Below are positions 62,709 through 64,000 of a stretch of DNA of 64,000 nucleotides, in pieces; position 1 is the stretch's first letter; each line of letters opens with the position of its first letter. Origin of the DNA: Dehalococcoidia bacterium (lineage in GTDB: Bacteria > Chloroflexota > Dehalococcoidia > Lucifugimonadales > Australimonadaceae); the NCBI GenBank assembly GCA_965200975.1, contig OZ241740.1:1346636-1410635 (forward strand), read 5' to 3'. Made by a program: the position numbers and the translations under genes. Below the pieces are notes generated by a model that worked only from the letters and a program-made list of their open reading frames with translations, searched no databases and was not told the DNA's origin.

Positions 62709-63461
62709 ATGGGCAAGCTCGACGAACGGGTCATCATCGTCACAGGCGGCGCGCAAGGCATCGGACGCGCGTTCGCCCTCAGGTTCGCCGAAGAGGGCGC
62801 CCGCGTTGTCATCGCAGACATCAACGGCCCCGCCGCCGAACAGACCGCCGCCGAAATCGGCGAGGCCGGCGGCGAGGCGATCGTCACCGTGACCGACGTC
62901 TCCGACCCCGACGCTACGCAGGCGATGGCGCAAGCGGCTATCGAAAAGTGGGGCCGCATCGACGGCCTCGTCAACAACGCAGCCTTCTTCCAGCGCCCCC
63001 AGGTCACGCGAGGCCCCATCGAAGAGATCAGCCCCGACGAGTGGGACCGTGTGATGGCCGTCAACGTGCGCGGGCCTTTCCTCTGCTGCCGGGCAGTGCT
63101 CCCTCATATGAAATCCCAAGGCTACGGAAAAATCGTCAATATCAGCTCGGGAACGTTCTTCTCCGGACGCTCCACAACCCAGTACGTCGCCTCCAAAGGG
63201 GCCGTCGTCGGACTCACCCGCACCCTTGCGCGCGAAACCGGGGGCTACGGCGTAACCGTCAACTCCATCGCCCCGGGATCGACCGCCAGCGACCCCGAAC
63301 GCGACGAGTCGAACTACCAGGGCCGCGTCCCCGACAGGGCCATCAAGCGCGTCGAGCGTCCTGAAGACCTCGCCGGCGCCGGCGTGTTCCTGATGTCTTC
63401 CGACAGCGACTTTATGACCGGCCAGACGATGGTCGTCGACGGCGGCGCCGCGCTCAACTAA
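62709..63461 (+). CDS. short-chain dehydrogenase/reductase (SDR)
   Basis: MGKLDERVIIVTGGAQGIGRA.., NNAA, YVASK. Confidence 0.85.
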   Translation: MGKLDERVIIVTGGAQGIGRAFALRFAEEGARVVIADINGPAAEQTAAEIGEAGGEAIVTVTDVSDPDATQAMAQAAIEKWGRIDGLVNNAAFFQRPQVTRGPIEEISPDEWDRVMAVNVRGPFLCCRAVLPHMKSQGYGKIVNISSGTFFSGRSTTQYVASKGAVVGLTRTLARETGGYGVTVNSIAPGSTASDPERDESNYQGRVPDRAIKRVERPEDLAGAGVFLMSSDSDFMTGQTMVVDGGAALN

Positions 63462-63614
63462 CTGCGCTTGCCCGCCGCCCCATAACCCCTTGCCGCGCTC
63501 TGTTATCCCGAACCAAGGGGGCTAGGGAAGCTGGCGCGCGCCTCTCCCGGCAGCGCGCCAGCGCCCTCTGCGGTATCCTGTATCCGTAATCCGCTTTCTA
63601 CAGGAGCGCGACAT

Positions 63615-64000
63615 ATGGGAGAGATCGTTTGGGCCGCCGGTTCAGTTCATGCGCCGCAACTGCTCACCAGACCCCCGCAGGAAGACCAGGCCCAACTGCA
63701 GGCCGGCATCGACGCAATGGGCGTGCTCGGCCAGGAGCTCGACGCCACTCAGCCCGACGCGCTCGTTCTCATCGGCATTGACCACGTCGAAACATTCTTC
63801 CCTGGCTCCGTCCCCGCGTTCGCCATCATCACCGGCGAAACAGCCACGGCGGAGTTCGCAGGCAATGAGTACCAGGTCCCCATCCATCAGGGACTCGCGC
63901 TCGATCTGCTCAACGGCCTCGTAGAGCAGGGCGTCGATCTCGCCTATGCGCACGAGGCGCTGCTCGGCCACGCGTTCGCGGTGCCGCTCGAGTACATCCA
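63615..64000 (+). CDS. class III (LigB-type) extradiol ring-cleavage dioxygenase, 3' end beyond the window
   Basis: Not in the ORF track (no stop in window). My own translation from ATG 63615 (CAGGAG 8 nt upstream) is MGEIVWAAGSVHAPQLL...ALVLIGIDHVETFF..AFAIITG...LLGHAFAVPLEYI, typical of the LigB/MhpB family N-terminal half. Confidence 0.65.
   Translation, partial: MGEIVWAAGSVHAPQLLTRPPQEDQAQLQAGIDAMGVLGQELDATQPDALVLIGIDHVETFFPGSVPAFAIITGETATAEFAGNEYQVPIHQGLALDLLNGLVEQGVDLAYAHEALLGHAFAVPLEYI

Noticed and set aside
1-64000. Prophage, ICE, plasmid or secondary-metabolite (NRPS/PKS) cluster.
   Set aside because: No capsid, terminase, tail, conjugation, replication-initiator, integrase, NRPS, PKS or RiPP-type genes were recognised anywhere in the window.

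Overview
GC-rich (about two-thirds G+C by eye), very gene-dense bacterial chromosomal window. I support 57 protein-coding genes (2 truncated by the window edges), one tRNA-Pro(UGG), a set of GC-rich hairpins and several short repeat families. I saw no rRNA, CRISPR array, transposase, integrase or recognisable transcription factor.

1-23 kb holds oxidoreductases, a tripartite tricarboxylate transporter (TctA fused to a TctB-like module, plus a TctC lipoprotein), a HEPN-like/RidA gene pair, an ACT-malic enzyme and class Ia ribonucleotide reductase (nrdAB). It also holds a di-iron desaturase-like plus CFA-synthase-like lipid module, an MFS transporter coupled to a DDN-like (F420-type) protein, trmD, mogA-like and bcp.

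23.6-64 kb is a large accessory catabolic region built from repeated enzyme families:
- 5 Amidohydro_2-type enzymes
- 3 paralogous bicupins, 2 paralogous CDO-like cupins and 2 small cupins
- 3 of the 4 SDRs
- single Rieske oxygenase, GMC, Zn-ADH, LLM/F420-type, Gfo/Idh/MocA, amidase, isochorismatase-like, maleate-isomerase-like and LigB-type dioxygenase genes
- 3 of the 4 MFS transporters

Most unusual items:
1. A ZnuA-type metal-binding lipoprotein with a ~390-aa beta-propeller-like domain inserted in its His-rich loop (30382-32817).
2. A translationally coupled RecQ-like helicase::PRTase fusion plus DprA-like protein, resembling the PsyrTA/RqlHI toxin-antitoxin/defence family (45433-48524).
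3. A HEPN-like (Rx4H) protein next to RidA (8090-9207).
4. A 120-bp array of exactly 10-bp-phased GC-N5-TCG units in a divergent promoter region (19921-20040).
5. A CFA-synthase-like gene whose conserved N-terminus has no canonical start codon.
6. A mini-ORF plus 20-bp perfect hairpin leader upstream of an MFS gene.

Lineage guess, inference only: PT-linker lipoproteins plus F420-type enzymes suggest Chloroflexota or Actinomycetota. All homology calls are from motif recognition by eye; no searches were run.
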